Assembly: GCA_951406725.2 (NCBI GenBank)
Contig: OX597817.1
Span: 129,084,001-129,148,000 of the forward strand
From: Octopus vulgaris
Taxonomy: Eukaryota
Direction: 5' to 3'
Length of the DNA: 64,000 nucleotides
Shown here piece by piece: positions 28,001 to 41,100 of this stretch (positions are counted from its first letter, which is position 1; every line of letters starts with the position of its first letter). The notes under the pieces are model-generated. The model searched no databases. It saw only the letters and a list, made by a program, of their open reading frames with translations, and was not told the DNA's origin. The translations under genes and the position numbers were made by a program.

Positions 28001-28168
28001 GACCATTGCAGAACGACTAAATGAACATTTGAGACAATATGACGACAAAAACAGTCCCCCACACTCTACTAACATGCCAAAGGCCATCATGAAGGTTACT
28101 TGGGTTAACTTGACATCCGCATCTTATCCAAGCACCCAAAAGACGCAACACTCAAACAAATACGGGAG
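25075..28168 (+). pseudogene. Decayed Penelope-like retroelement: reverse transcriptase + C-terminal GIY-YIG endonuclease (Naiad-like)
   Basis: Colinear ORF fragments: KLRW..., I*PTDLPFNKRVCIP, MDKSGRL, LYGLRKNHK, TRPVCGA, DVISLYPSID, QIQGVAIG...FMTWWD, YSRYVDDINII, LPVLDTELW, CSNDNCMIC...NVVYSIRC...YIGETSRTIAERLNEH, ILSKHPKDATLKQIRE. Several stops (TAG 25958, TGA 26048, TAG 26360) and frameshifts. Confidence 0.9.
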
Positions 28169-28189
28169 TACGTTCTTATATATTAGTTC

Positions 28190-28325
28190 ACCATGTTGCG
28201 CACATATGGTTGTGATGAATGTACCTCAATACCCTTATGAGACGAGTAGTCATGATGGGTATATTGAGCGCCATATATTTGTACTTAAGAGTCACTTAAG
28301 GGAATACGCTGCTCTCCCACCCATT
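28190..28325. repeat. Family D fragment abutting the PLE 3' end
   Basis: Homologous to ~9550-9672; followed by aataataat. Confidence 0.6.
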
Positions 28326-29364
28326 AATAATAATGATAAATGATTACTGCACATCATAAGAGAATGAAATGAATTTGTGAGGACAACAAATATGAAGAAA
28401 TAAAATCATCGATTTTGATCATCAGCCTACTTGATCGGGGTTGACATACGGTTAAACAATAACAGCAATAATGATAGCATCAAAATGAAATAGTAAAATG
28501 AACGAAGGATGTGATCAATGTGCGGATAATAAACTTGCTAGAAATTGCAGCAAAATATTTTAGAAGTAAATTCTAGTTTTAAAAAAGAAAGACGATATCG
28601 GTCAGTGTATTCTTTAACAAACCAAGTTAAGAAGGTCACAATCGGAATACCTTTGATCATAATGCAATTCAATCCGATAGATAGGGGGTTTAAACAAGAA
28701 GTAAACAACAACTGCATAAGCAAACAAGCATGTTTTTTTTTTCATTAGTACCTGAAATCCATGTAGGTCACTCTAATATTCACCTGGAGACACTGTAACT
28801 CAAGAGAAGATATATCGGATATGATTTATAGCACATGAATTGCCTAAAACAGCAATTTACACGATAACGTGATCCTTTATTAAGGCGACCAGATATCATT
28901 ATTCATAAGCAAGCTGACAGGTGTACCGATATAACGTTCAGTATTTTTTTTTTTTTACAATGAATCATATGTTTATTTATTTTCTTTATTTATTTTCTAT
29001 TCGTTCTCTTTTTGTAGAATATTAACCCAACAGAAATTTCCTAAAACTGCAATTACGCCATTTTTGAAATATTAATTTTCATGTATTTATTTTGTTTACT
29101 GACAAGGTATAACTACAAAAACAATAAATTATCTTCTGTTGTTTTAACTATAAGGTCAGACTTGGAAAATGAAATTTTATCAGCAATAATTTTCAAGGAC
29201 ATTTTTGTCTGCAATGTCATTTTAAAATTGAAAATACTGATTTATCCCTCTGTCTATCTTATTCCCATATAGTCCAGATTTTAATAGCAATAATTTAAAT
29301 AGCTTTAAATTATTCATCTCGACCGTTCGTTTGTATACATTTACACACGTGCATGTTTATATAT

Positions 29365-29439
<75 letters not shown>

Positions 29440-30027
29440 TACACACACACACACACAAATACACACACACATATATTGTGTAGATAGAGTAAATCCCAAC
29501 TGTTTCCTTTATCTAACATATAAAACTGTCATTCTTATTGACAAATCAAACATGCGTAATGGTGAATAATTAATGCTAAAAGATTTTTCCAACTTTCTGT
29601 TTTGTTACACACACACAGATACATATGTACATATATATATATATGTGTGTGTGCGTGTGTGTGTGTGTGTATACAGCATAGAAACTAGATCTATACTTTA
29701 AGAAATCTCCTCTTTTCTACTATTGTCAGAGGTTCTGAGGGTCTTAGCCATTGCCTTTCATTTAGACTAACCTTTCAAAAAATATAAGTGTATTTCTATG
29801 TATGTAAATGTGTGTGCATATGCGTGTATATGTATGTGTGCACGCGCGCGTGTATAATACTTATACATGTATATTCATATATAGTCAATTCAACGAACAA
29901 AAAAAGTCAAAAGACAAGTAAAAAACGTAAAGAGAGAAAACCCGAAAAATTAATAACAAAAAATAAACAGACGGGAGTACGTGCACAAGAATTATATTAG
30001 ATTGAGGCTCGGTGAAAGGAGAAAGTT

Positions 30028-30060
30028 TTTAACGTTTCGAGCATGGCGCTTCGTCGGAAA
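30028..30060 (-). ncRNA. Degenerate minimal hammerhead (family H2)
   Basis: Minus strand: ttt-CCGACGA-agcgccatgctc-GAAA-cgtt-aaa. Lies downstream of the GIY-YIG fragment on the same strand. Confidence 0.6.
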
Positions 30061-30262
30061 GGAGAAAGGGAAAAGTCCAAAGAAGAAGAAGGAAAATCGC
30101 CAATGGCCCATGTGTGGTTACATTTATGAAGTGACCAGAAGTGGAAGGAGATAGAGAAAGTGGATTTTGGGGAGAGAAATGTGTGAAGATGGTCAGTGTG
30201 TGTGTGGTAGCATGTGTGTGTGTGTGTGAGTGGTAGTAATTGTGCGTTTGTGTTTGTGTGAG

Positions 30263-30294
<32 letters not shown>

Positions 30295-30412
30295 TAGGAT
30301 CTTTGTGCGTGTGTATGTTTGCATACGAGCGTAGACAGAACGGGAAGGTGTCTGCGTGTCGTGCATGTGCGTATGTATGCATGTGTGTATCTCTCTGTAC
30401 ATTACTCTCTCA

Positions 30413-30444
<32 letters not shown>

Positions 30445-30965
30445 GTGTGTGTGCGTGTGTGTGTACTTGTGTGCGTGTGGGTATGTGTGCTTATCCTTGC
30501 GCATGTGAGTGTGTGTGGAAGTGCATGTATGTGCGTGTATGTGTGTGCATGTATCTGTGTGCTGTATGTTTGTGTGTATCATGTGTGTGAACGCATATGT
30601 GTGTGTGCGCGCGTGCATGTGTGTGAGTGCGTTAGTGTAGCCTAGCGTACGTGTGTGTGGCCGTGTATGTGTATATGTATGAGGATGTATGGAGGTGTGT
30701 CGGTGTGTGCGTGTATATGAGTATGTGTATGTATGAATATGTGTGCGTGCGCATGAATGTGTATTTGTGTGAGTTTGTGCGTATGTGACTAAAACCTTAA
30801 GTTAAGACTACAAATTAAAAATAAAAACTGAAAGCACAAATTAAAAATTTTTTTAAATACGAATAAAGCAAAGGAATATAAAGATAAACGTAAAAACGAT
30901 AAAACAAATGCAATAAGTATTATATAAATAATTAACAGAAATATAATAAAATAAAAAGTTTTTTT

Positions 30966-31500
30966 TCAAAAAAGGTGCGTGGAAAAAGTCACTGAAAGGA
31001 GGGGTTTGTGTTGAGTTCGAAAGGAGTTGAGTGCGTAGGCTGAAAATGCAGTGCTATTCGAGGTGAAGTCTAGTATTGGTGGACCTATGGTGTAGGGTAA
31101 GGCCAAAGACAGTAAGGCTTGTGATGGAATGGTCGGCCAAGCGAAAATGACGGTTGACAGAGGTGTTCTTACGTAGACGAACGTCTGGTAGGTTTTTGGT
31201 GAACCGGTCTGACCAACATACAGTTTGTTGCAAAGATTGCACCTAATACAGTAAATAAGGTTTGAAGAAGTGTAGGAGAAGGAGTTCCTAATGTAGAGGG
31301 TGTACTGGTTAGATCCAGATAGGGAGGTGGTGTTGGTGATAGGCCTGCTAAATCTTCTGGATGGTTTGGGCTTGAGAAGCACCATCTTCGGATGGGAGAT
31401 AATGTCACACTTCTTGCGCATGCGAAAAATTTTTCGCACTGGTAGATCGCGTCAGTTCCCGGTTGTGACGCCTAGAGTACAGACGTGTAGTGCGAGCTCG
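30966..31500 (-). pseudogene. Penelope-like element 3' end: GIY-YIG endonuclease fragment
   Basis: SFSYTSSNLIYCIRCNLCNKLYVGQTG, then (frameshift) DVRLRKNTSVNRHFRLADHSITSLTVFGL...RLHLE*HCIFSL, i.e. GIY-YIG with CxxC and RHF...H motifs. Confidence 0.8.
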
Positions 31501-32194
31501 TGATCCAACGCATAATTTTTTCTGCGATATACACGGAATAATGCCATACAAATTAACACGATTCAATATGATAAATTTCTATCACTCGATCAGAAAATAT
31601 GGTTTGAATCGCACTGGAACTTGCAAACTGATTGGCTATTATTGATGACCAACAGATAAACACGATAATGCAGTTGAGAACTTCCCCACTATTCAACGGT
31701 GGCTCAAGGGTAACTAGGGATGCGATAATAGTACAAAGATATAGGAATTTGTATGATTATGCTCACACATATAGCTCTCTCTATATATATGTATGTACGC
31801 ACACATTATATATTTATAAATTGTTAATATCATAAGAATTATGAAACTTTGAGAGAACGTGAAATAATTATTTTGGGAATGGAGAATCTGGAAGCAGATA
31901 AAGCTATAAACAATAGCGTGTAAACATTGTTAAAAAATCGAAGGCCGTGAATGGGGCTTTTACTTACACTCTTACATAAGACAGGTGTTCTAATATTGGA
32001 CTAAAGGATCCTTCGAATATCTCATCCCATTTTAGAAGCTTAATTTTTACAACGAGAATTGTATGTTTTTGACGTTATAAGAATTTAGATTTTGTGCACG
32101 CTCACACACACTCTCATGCACGCACACACATGTAAATAGAGACAGAGAGAGGGAAAGGAACAGAAAGAAAGAAAGAAGTAAAAATAAATAGACA

Positions 32195-32248
32195 GACATA
32201 AAACAGACAGATAGACAGGCTGACAGACAGATAGACAGACAGACAGAC

Positions 32249-32300
<52 letters not shown>

Positions 32301-32340
32301 GGATGGATGGATGGATGGACAGACAGACAGACAGACAGAC

Positions 32341-32408
<68 letters not shown>

Positions 32409-32434
32409 TGATAGATAGATAGATAGATAGATAC

Positions 32435-32507
<73 letters not shown>

Positions 32508-32508
32508 C
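32195..32508. repeat. Long (AGAT)n/(AGAC)n microsatellite
   Basis: Direct reading. Confidence 0.95.
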
Positions 32509-33049
32509 TGTTATGGCAATGTTAGGAGCCTCTTCTAAATGTGGTATTTATACAAGATAATTGGATTACTGCGAATATGTTAAAAGTTTATTTCACTCAT
32601 GTTTCATGATAAATCCTTTATATAGCTGATATTAACCGCTCTATTAAATTTTAGAATTAAAATTATTAGATATCATATGTATTTGAACTTCGTTCTTAAA
32701 TCTAATCTGTGTAGAAATATTTTATGATTATAAATTTCTTAGAGACTTTACTAGTAAACTTGCCACTTGCAGGCATATCTTACTTTCTCGGTGGCGAGCA
32801 GGATTCTTGTCGAAACTTATTTAACATACTCGGATGTAATGGAAGTTGTGATGTTTTCTTTTTCCTCGACTTTTCTGTATTTTTTCAATGTGGCTCTTCG
32901 TTTAGCAAAGTGCACGTTTCTATGTCATTAAAATATTCTCCGGACGAAGGTTTGATAGCGATTCCACAACTTTAAAATCTGAAGAATATCGGATATCTAG
33001 TAAAACTAATTGTATCTAGCAATAGAATTTAAGGAGAAATACATTCTAT

Positions 33050-33220
33050 ATTGGTTTCAAATTTTGCAACAAGAACAATTTCTAGGGAGGAACTAAGTCG
33101 ATTACGTTCACTTTAGTGTTCAAAACATGCTTCTTTTATCTACCCAGAGAGGAGGAAAGGCAAAGTCGACCTCTGCGGAATTTGAACTCAAAGCGTAAAG
33201 GCGAACTAAAAGCCGCTAAG
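33050..33220 (-). mobile_element. SINE family B fragment (diverged)
   Basis: aaggcaaagtcgacctctgcggaatttgaactcaaagcgtaaag. Confidence 0.7.
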
Positions 33221-33947
33221 TTGAACGAGTGGAATTCAGGAGAACCAGTGGGCGCTTGTCATAGAGATATTTGCTTTGACCAAATAGTTCGGAGGCAAGC
33301 GCTCAATGGTGTGTAATGGAGGAGGGTGGATCATCATTTGAACTGTTTTTATAGAAACCATACTGGTTGTCATCAAGCTAAGAGAGATAAGCACATTTTT
33401 GGAAGACTTTATTTTAATGACTCCTTCTTTACCTTAGAGGTATAAGATTCTGAGATCAACACAACTTCAAATGATAATTGCAGTAAAATAAGAATCTGCC
33501 ATTCTAAAATTAAAGACTTCCTGGGTTTGGCCGCTAAGTTTACATCCGTAATTACAACACCACTAAGAGCCTACACTAAGAAATGTAAGATTACAACTAA
33601 TACCTGTGTGTTCTTTGATAAGATAAATTACCACTATGAAGTAGATAATACCAAATGCAAGAGGTTCCTTAACAAGAATACCAATAAAAATTATAGAATG
33701 ACTACTATACACAGCTAAAAACATAGAAACTGAGGCATGTGCCATAGCTCAAAAAGGGAAATTGGAAAACAGAGAAGAATGTGAAACGTAAGGTATGTTA
33801 CCGAATTAAGAATCATAGCAACGACTTTGACACTAATTTTAAGCGTGAAATTATATGCTCAGCTAAGACAAAGATAGAACAATTCATACAATATTAGAAA
33901 GGCATGAATATTCTAATAATGGAGCGAAAGTAACCCTGTTTGATAAT

Positions 33948-34155
33948 GATTTCAAATTTTGGCACAAGGCCAGCAATTTTGGGGGAGGGGTTAAGTCCGG
34001 TACATTGACCCCAGTGCTTGGTCAGTACTTATTTTATCGACTCCGAGAGGATGAAAGGCAAAATCAACTTCGGTGGAGTTAGAACTCAGAACGTAAAGAC
34101 TGACTAAATGTCGCTAAACATTTTGCCCGGCGTGCTAACAATTCTGCCTGCTCAC
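33948..34155 (-). mobile_element. SINE family B (variant tail)
   Basis: tttcaaattttggcacaaggccagcaatt...gatgaaaggcaaaatcaacttcggtggagttagaactcagaacg. Confidence 0.8.
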
Positions 34156-34423
34156 TGCAAGAAACTGAACGCCAGATTCATTCAGCTTGTCATAGTTCAT
34201 TTCTACCCGTGAGTAACACATTTTTTGTTTACTTAATCAGGTGCTAAGCTTTACTATATAATGCTATAGATTAAATAGACTTAGAAATGATCTTGCTCGC
34301 TTGACGGATTTCACTCTTTGATAGGAGCTCAGCTTTATAGAAGTGAACATAGCGACTAAATCTAGCAGGCCGTTGCCAAGTCTTTAAACTTAGGTACATT
34401 TGACGTCATTATAGACTAATACT

Positions 34424-34654
34424 TATTTTTTTACTACCCACAAGGGGCTAAACACAGAGAGCACAAATAAGGATAGGCAAACGGATTAAGTCGATTATAT
34501 CGACCCCAGTGCGTAACTGGTACTTATTTAATCGACCCCGAAAGGATGAAAGGGAAAGTCGACCTCGGCGGAATTTGAACTCAGAACGTAGTAGCAGACG
34601 AAATACGGCTACGCATTTCGCCCGGCGTGCTAACGTTTCTGCCAGCTCGCCGTC
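34424..34654 (-). mobile_element. SINE family B (full length) with ~11-bp TSD
   Basis: Reverse complement of 14221-14451. Flanks agactaatact (34413-34423) and aggctaatact (34655-34665). Confidence 0.9.
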
Positions 34655-35046
34655 AGGCTAATACTACAGTGCAAAAACATTTGATCTGTTCGGCCTGTAC
34701 TTATTCTATATATTGAAATATAAATCCACCAATTCGAAAAATTAGATGATGCAGGGATGACGGGTTGGCCGTTAGACCACACACCACTGGACAAGTGTTA
34801 GATATATTTAGGAAGGATTTCATCAGCACCTTGGCCTGAAAATGACTTTAAGCAAAACCCCCAAATTACAGATTTCTAAGCAGTCACCCTTAAATCAGAC
34901 AGTAACATATATAAGTACTTCAGGAAACTCATTCGAAAAATAACTTATAACACAAAAATCTTGTCACCCGTAGCTTTATAAACTTTAGCTAATAATGTTA
35001 GCTGAACAATTTTTAGTTCCTCTTTAAACAAATAAACCTTCTATGA

Positions 35047-35172
35047 AGTGGCTGTGTGGTAAGAAGCTTGCTTCCCAACCACATGGTTCCGAGTTCAGTC
35101 TTCTTCTATCGCCTCGGGCCGACCAAAGCCTTGTGAGTGAATTTGGTAGATGGAAACTGAAAGAAGCCCGTC

Positions 35173-35205
<33 letters not shown>

Positions 35206-35255
35206 GAAATGCGGTACTTCTAATATAAAATACCTGTACATCATTCTCTAAACCT

Positions 35256-35312
<57 letters not shown>

Positions 35313-35514
35313 GTGTTTGTACCCCTACTATCGCTTGATAACCGATGTTGGTGTGCTTACGTTCCTGTAACTTAGCGGTTCGGCAAAAAAGAGACCGATT
35401 GAATAAGTACTAGGCTTGCAAAGAATAAGTCCTGGGGTCGATTTGTTCGCCTAAAGGTGGTGCTCCAGCATGGCCGCTGTCAAATGACTGAAACAAGTAA
35501 AAGAATAAAAGAAT
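35047..35514 (+). mobile_element. SINE family A (internal deletion, expanded central tract)
   Basis: agtggctgtgtggtaagaagcttgc head through aaatgactgaaacaagtaaaaga tail. Confidence 0.85.
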
Positions 35515-35797
35515 CGCTAAAAGCTTTCTAGTACAAATAAATATATACTTTCCTGTCTCTAACTATAGCTGAACAATTTCCAAGCGGAGCTATTTGAAAC
35601 TGCCGACGTAGGCCCATTCAATCTATCTTGTAATCGCGACTTAGTTGTGCACGGAGCTGAAATTATTTCTAAAAACTCAAGCAAACCAGTCGATAATATA
35701 CGCAATACATGACAAAGCTCAAGCAGTGTACCACACCACTTCCTTTACGTATAATGTTGAAAGAGAAACGGCAACCTGTCAAATTAACTGGAAAATA

Positions 35798-35938
35798 TAA
35801 GGTTGTCCCAAAAGTTCGTAGAAAGTCTTGGAAAATAATGGTCTTTATTTTGAGGAATATTTTTTGTTGTTTTTGTTAGTACTTGGCGAGTAAAAATTCA
35901 ATTTTCGCAAGTGTTTACGAACTTTTGGGACAACCTAA
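35798..35938. mobile_element. Tc1/mariner-type MITE
   Basis: TIRs taaggttgtcccaaaagttcgta / tacgaacttttgggacaacctaa, with TA on both sides (35796-97, 35939-40). Confidence 0.8.
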
Positions 35939-36624
35939 TAGTAAAATGGAGCAAACCGTACAAAAACAGCAAGGAAAAAAAGTCATATGTGCATGGCAGA
36001 GGAGAGAAACATAAAATAGCTCACCAAAGTATTTTAACGCAAGATCAGAGATTTTCACTAGATGTCACTATTTCAATAAGCTTCCGTTCAAATTTCCGTT
36101 GACCATTTCACCATCACTTTAAACCTGTGCCGGCTGAAACAACAAACCTGCAATTTCATGTAACTATATTCGTTACTGATGCTTATTGCTGAAGACAAAA
36201 CCTTATGAATCACAGAATATCACGTTGAATAGATCTGAACTGTCTTTTTTTTTAATCATTTCTTCTTTGGGAAAATCATTACCGTTTCTTTTTTATTAAT
36301 AAAATTATTAATTATATTAATCACTGAAATTATAAAAGAAGCTCACCCAACAAAAACAAACTCACTACCTTAGAAGCCAATTATCTCCCTCTACACAAAT
36401 TTCTGCAAAAAGGCGGATAAATCCTTTACAAATGTTCAATTACTTGACTACATGCATGTATATTTGCGGTTTAAAAATACTTCGGCCTTTCAGTGAAAAC
36501 ACAGACGAGAGATATGTCAAATAGTTGGTAAAACACTGAGTAACGACAATATTAGTTCTGCAGATTATATAAATCTTCAATGTAGTATTGAGGTCACACT
36601 CCTTGACTCATGTAACTCATATGG

Positions 36625-36693
<69 letters not shown>

Positions 36694-37149
36694 CGTGTGT
36701 GTCTGTACGCATATATTCGCATACATGTGTGCATGCGCATGTGTTTATATGTATTTATATATGGACAAATATATATACATATAAATATACACACATTTAC
36801 ACACACAGTACCATACACACACTAATATACATGTATATATTTTATTAGTCAATAATCATAATGTCACACGTACATTTTGTCAGCATTCTCTTCTTTCATT
36901 GACTGCCTAGAACTTTAGAATGTATGTACCTCTCTCCCTGTCTCTCTCTCTCTCTTTCTATTTATATATCTATCTATTTATATATCTCACTTGCTGACTC
37001 TATGTCACTCAAAACACATAAATGCACATACGTACACGCGCGCGCACATTTATGCATAAATGTATGTCTGTTTGCATGTGTATATTTATTTGTGTTTGTA
37101 CATAGATATGCACATAAATATATGCATATATATGTATACACATACATAC

Positions 37150-37181
<32 letters not shown>

Positions 37182-37440
37182 ATCTTTTGTCTCTCTGTCT
37201 GTCTGTTCCCAATGCATTCTCAAACGGCGCGACCAAATCAAATCAAATTTTACCTGGTAATGCTATCAGACTCCGAGAGTATCAACATGTAATATTTTTT
37301 TTTTGTCATTAGGATTAAAACAATGCAAAATTGACACTGGTTCGGTATTACATGTCAGAAGTCAAAGAATAAAAGCGAAAGAATAAGATCTGTATTGATA
37401 TATTGTTTCACTTTTATACTTTTACTTTTAATTCTAACAA

Positions 37441-37826
37441 TCACGACGACGACGATGTCATATTTTGTGTATGGCTGTGTATCTGTCTGTGAATGTATGA
37501 GTGTGTATATGTCTCACAGTGGGTGTCTTCCCGCGTTAGGTACGCTATTAAACACATATATGTATGTGAGGGCTGGTCATTGACAATACGAAATTTTATT
37601 TTCATTTCGATTATTTTCATTTCGTTTCATTTCCATTAAAGCAATATAACGTTTCATAGAGATAATCTTTCTATCGTCAACAGGGCATTTTCTACCACGA
37701 CGACAACGACATAACATTTTTTATATGACTACGTACCTTTCTGTGAGTGTATATGCGTATGTGTATGATTGTGTATATGTCTCATAATGTGTTTCTTTCC
37801 GCTCTAGGTACTTTATTAAACATACA
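37441..37826. repeat. Diverged ~120-bp direct repeat, possibly inside a Helitron-like relic starting near 37180
   Basis: cacgacgac...gtgtatatgtctca...taggtac...tattaaaca at ~37441-37558 and ~37696-37826. Confidence 0.55.
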
Positions 37827-37917
37827 CCCATATAAACATACATATGCATATGTAACGACTGACATACGTGAATGTATGTCTCTATGTGGCTATCTTAGTA
37901 TATGTACGTGAGTCTAT

Positions 37918-38160
37918 GTGGAGGTGCAGTAGTCACTGGTTAGGGCAGCGGACTCGCGGTAGTTGGGTCATGGTTACGATTTCCAGACCGGGCTTTGTGA
38001 AAGTTTATTGAACGAACACACTTAAAACTCCACGTGGCTCCGGTAGGGGGATGGCGAACCCTGCACAATTTTCTCTCACTCTTTCTTCCTGTTTCTGTTG
38101 TTTCTGTATTTCGAAGGGACAGTCTTGTCACGCTCTGTCATGCTGATTCTCTTCGAGAAC
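37918..38160 (+). mobile_element. tRNA-derived SINE, family C (diverged), abutting the satellite
   Basis: tRNA-like head gtggaggtgcagtagtcactggttagggcagcggactcgcgg...ggttacgatttcc. Confidence 0.55.
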
Positions 38161-41100
38161 TTAGCGAACCGCTAAGTTATTTTATCGTTCTCCTTTGGTG
38201 AACCACTAGATAATTTTATCGATACCCTTTGGCGAACCACTAGTTATTTGTATCGATCCCTTTAGCGAACCGCTAAATTATTTTATCCATCTTCTTTGGC
38301 GAATCGCTATGTTATTATATCGATGACGTTTGGCGAGCCGCTAAGATATTTTATCGATATCCTTGGGCGAACCGCTAGACTATTTTATCGACGCCGTTTG
38401 GCGAGCCGCTAAGATATTTTAACGATACTTTCGCGAACCGCTAAACTATTTTCTCGGTCTTCTTTGCCGAACTTTGGCGAACCGGTAAGTGTTTTTTATC
38501 GATCTTCTTTCGCGACCCGCGAAGTTATTTTATCGATCACGTTTGGTGAACTGCTAAGTTATTTTATGGATCTTCTTTGGCGAACCGCTAGATCATTTTA
38601 TCGATTAAGTTTGGCGAACCGCTAATATACTTTATCGGTCACCTTTGGCGAACCGCTATGTTATTTTATCGAATCTCGTTGAGCGAACCGCTAAGTTATT
38701 TTATCGATCTCATTTGGCGAACCGCCAAATCATTTTATCGATCTCCTTTGGCGAACCGCTAGGTTATTTTATCGACGCCGTTTGACGATATGCTATGTTA
38801 TTTTATTAATCTTTTTTGGCGAAACGCTAAGTTATTTTATTGTCACCTATGGCGAACCGCTATGTTATTTTATCAATCATGCTTGGCGAACAGCTAAGTT
38901 ATTTTATCGATCCCCTTTGACGAACCGCTAATTGTTTTTGTCCATCGCCTTTGGCGAACCGGTAAGTTATTTTATCGATTTCCTTTGGCGAAACGCCAGA
39001 CTATTTTATCAAACATGTTTGGTGAAACGCTAAGTTACTTTATCGAACTCCTTTGGCGAACCACTAAATTATTTCATCGATCTCCTTTGGCGAACCGCTA
39101 AGTTATATTATCGATTACATTTGGAGGACCGCTAAGTTATTTATCGAATACGCTAATTTATTTTATCGAATACCTTCCGCGAGCAGCTAAATTATTTTAT
39201 CGATCACCTTCGGTGAACTGCTAAGTTATTTTATGGATCTTGTTTGGCGAACCGCTAGGTCATTTTATCGATTAAGTTTAGCGAACCGTTATGTTATTTT
39301 ATCCCCTTTAGCGAACCGTTATGTTATTTTATCGATTCCATTTGGCGAAACGCTTATTTTATCGATCTTCTTTGGCGAACCGCTATGTTAGTTTATCGAT
39401 GATGTTTGGCGAACCGCTAAGTTATTTTATCGACCTCTTTCGGCGCACTGCTAAGATATTTTATCGATTACCTTCGATCTTATTTGGCGAAACGCAAGTT
39501 ATTTTATCGATCTCGTTTGGCGAGCCGGTAAGTTATTTTATCAATATCCTTTGGCGAACCGCTAAGCCTTTTTATCAATCTTCCTTGGCGAAACGCTAAG
39601 TTATTTTATCGATCTTGTTTTGCGATTCGCGAAGTCATTTTAACGATTTCGTTTGGCGAACGGCTTAGTCACTTTAACGATCGCGAGTTGTGAACCGCTA
39701 GGTTATTTTATCGAACTTCTTCCGCGAACCGCTAAGTCATTTTATATATCTCGTTTGGCGAACCGGTAAGTCATTTTATTGATCACGTTTGGCGAACCGC
39801 TAGGTTATTTTATCGTTATCGTTTGGCTAACAGCTATGTTATTTCATCTTTCTCGTTTTTCGAACCGCTAAGATATTTTATAGATCACGTTTGGCGTACC
39901 GCTAATTTATTTTATCGAACTTCTTTGGCGAACCGGTAATTTATTTTATCGCTCTCGTTTGGCGAACCGCTAAGTTATTTTATCGGATCTCCTTTGGCGA
40001 ACCGCTATGTTATTTTATGGAACCTTTTGGCGTACCGCTAGGTTATTTTATCGATGACCTTAGGCAAATCGCTAGGTTATTTCATAGTTCCCCTAAGTTA
40101 TTTTATCGTTCTCCTCTGCCGAAGCGCTACTATATTTTGTCGATCTTCTTTGGGGAACTGATAGGTTATTTTATCGATCTTCTTAGCCGAACGGCTAAGT
40201 TATTTTATCGATCATGATTGGCGAAGTGCTAAGTTATGGATCTTCTTTGGCGAACTGCTAAGTCATTTCATCGATTAAGTTTGTCGAACTGCTAGATTAT
40301 TTTATCGGTTATCATTGGCGAACCGCTATGTTATTTTATCGATCCGTTTGTCGAACCGCTAAGTTATTTTTGGAATCTTATTAGGTGACCGCTATCCTTT
40401 AGCGAACCGCTAAGTTATTTTATCGAACTTCTTTCGCGAACCGCTATGTTGTTTTATCGATAACGTTTGGTGATCCGTTAGGGTATTTAATCGATCACGT
40501 TTGGCGAACAGCTAGGCTATTTTATCGATCTCCTTTGTTGAGGATCTCATTTGGTGAATCGATAAATAGCTTTGGCTAACCGCTAAGTTATTTTATCGAT
40601 CTTCTTTGGCGTACCACTTAATAATTTTATCGATATCCTTTGGTGAACCGCTAAGTTATATTATCGATCACGTTTGGAGAACCGCTAAGTTATTTTATGG
40701 ATCTCCTTTGGCGAAGCGCTAAGTTATTTTATCGTCTCCTTTGGCAAAGCGCTAATATTATTTTATCGAATAAGTTTGGCGAATCACTAGGTTATTTTAT
40801 CGATTACCTTCGGTGAACCGCTAAGTCATTTTATCGATCTCGTTTGGCGAACTGCTAAGTCATTTTATCGTAATTTTGGCGAACTGCTATGTCAATTTAT
40901 CTATCTTGTTTGGCGAACCGCTTGGTCATTTTATCGAACTTGTTTGGCGAGCCGCTAATTCGTTTCATCGATAACATAGCGGTTCGTCCCGTTTGACGAA
41001 CTGCTATGTTATTTTAACAACCCCGTTTGACGAACCGCTACGTTATATTATTGATCTTCTTTGGCGAACCGCTAAGTTATTATATCGATCTCCATCGGTT

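Larger units (their letters stand above)
33480..35030 (+). pseudogene. Heavily decayed Penelope-like RT interrupted by SINEs
   Basis: Ordered remnants: FFDKINYHY...NKNY (33527 ORF), FIQLVIVHFYP (34177, cf. FDIVDFYPS), FDVII|...FDLFGLYL split by a SINE, RDDGLAV (34753-34773, cf. YRDDGL). Confidence 0.6.
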
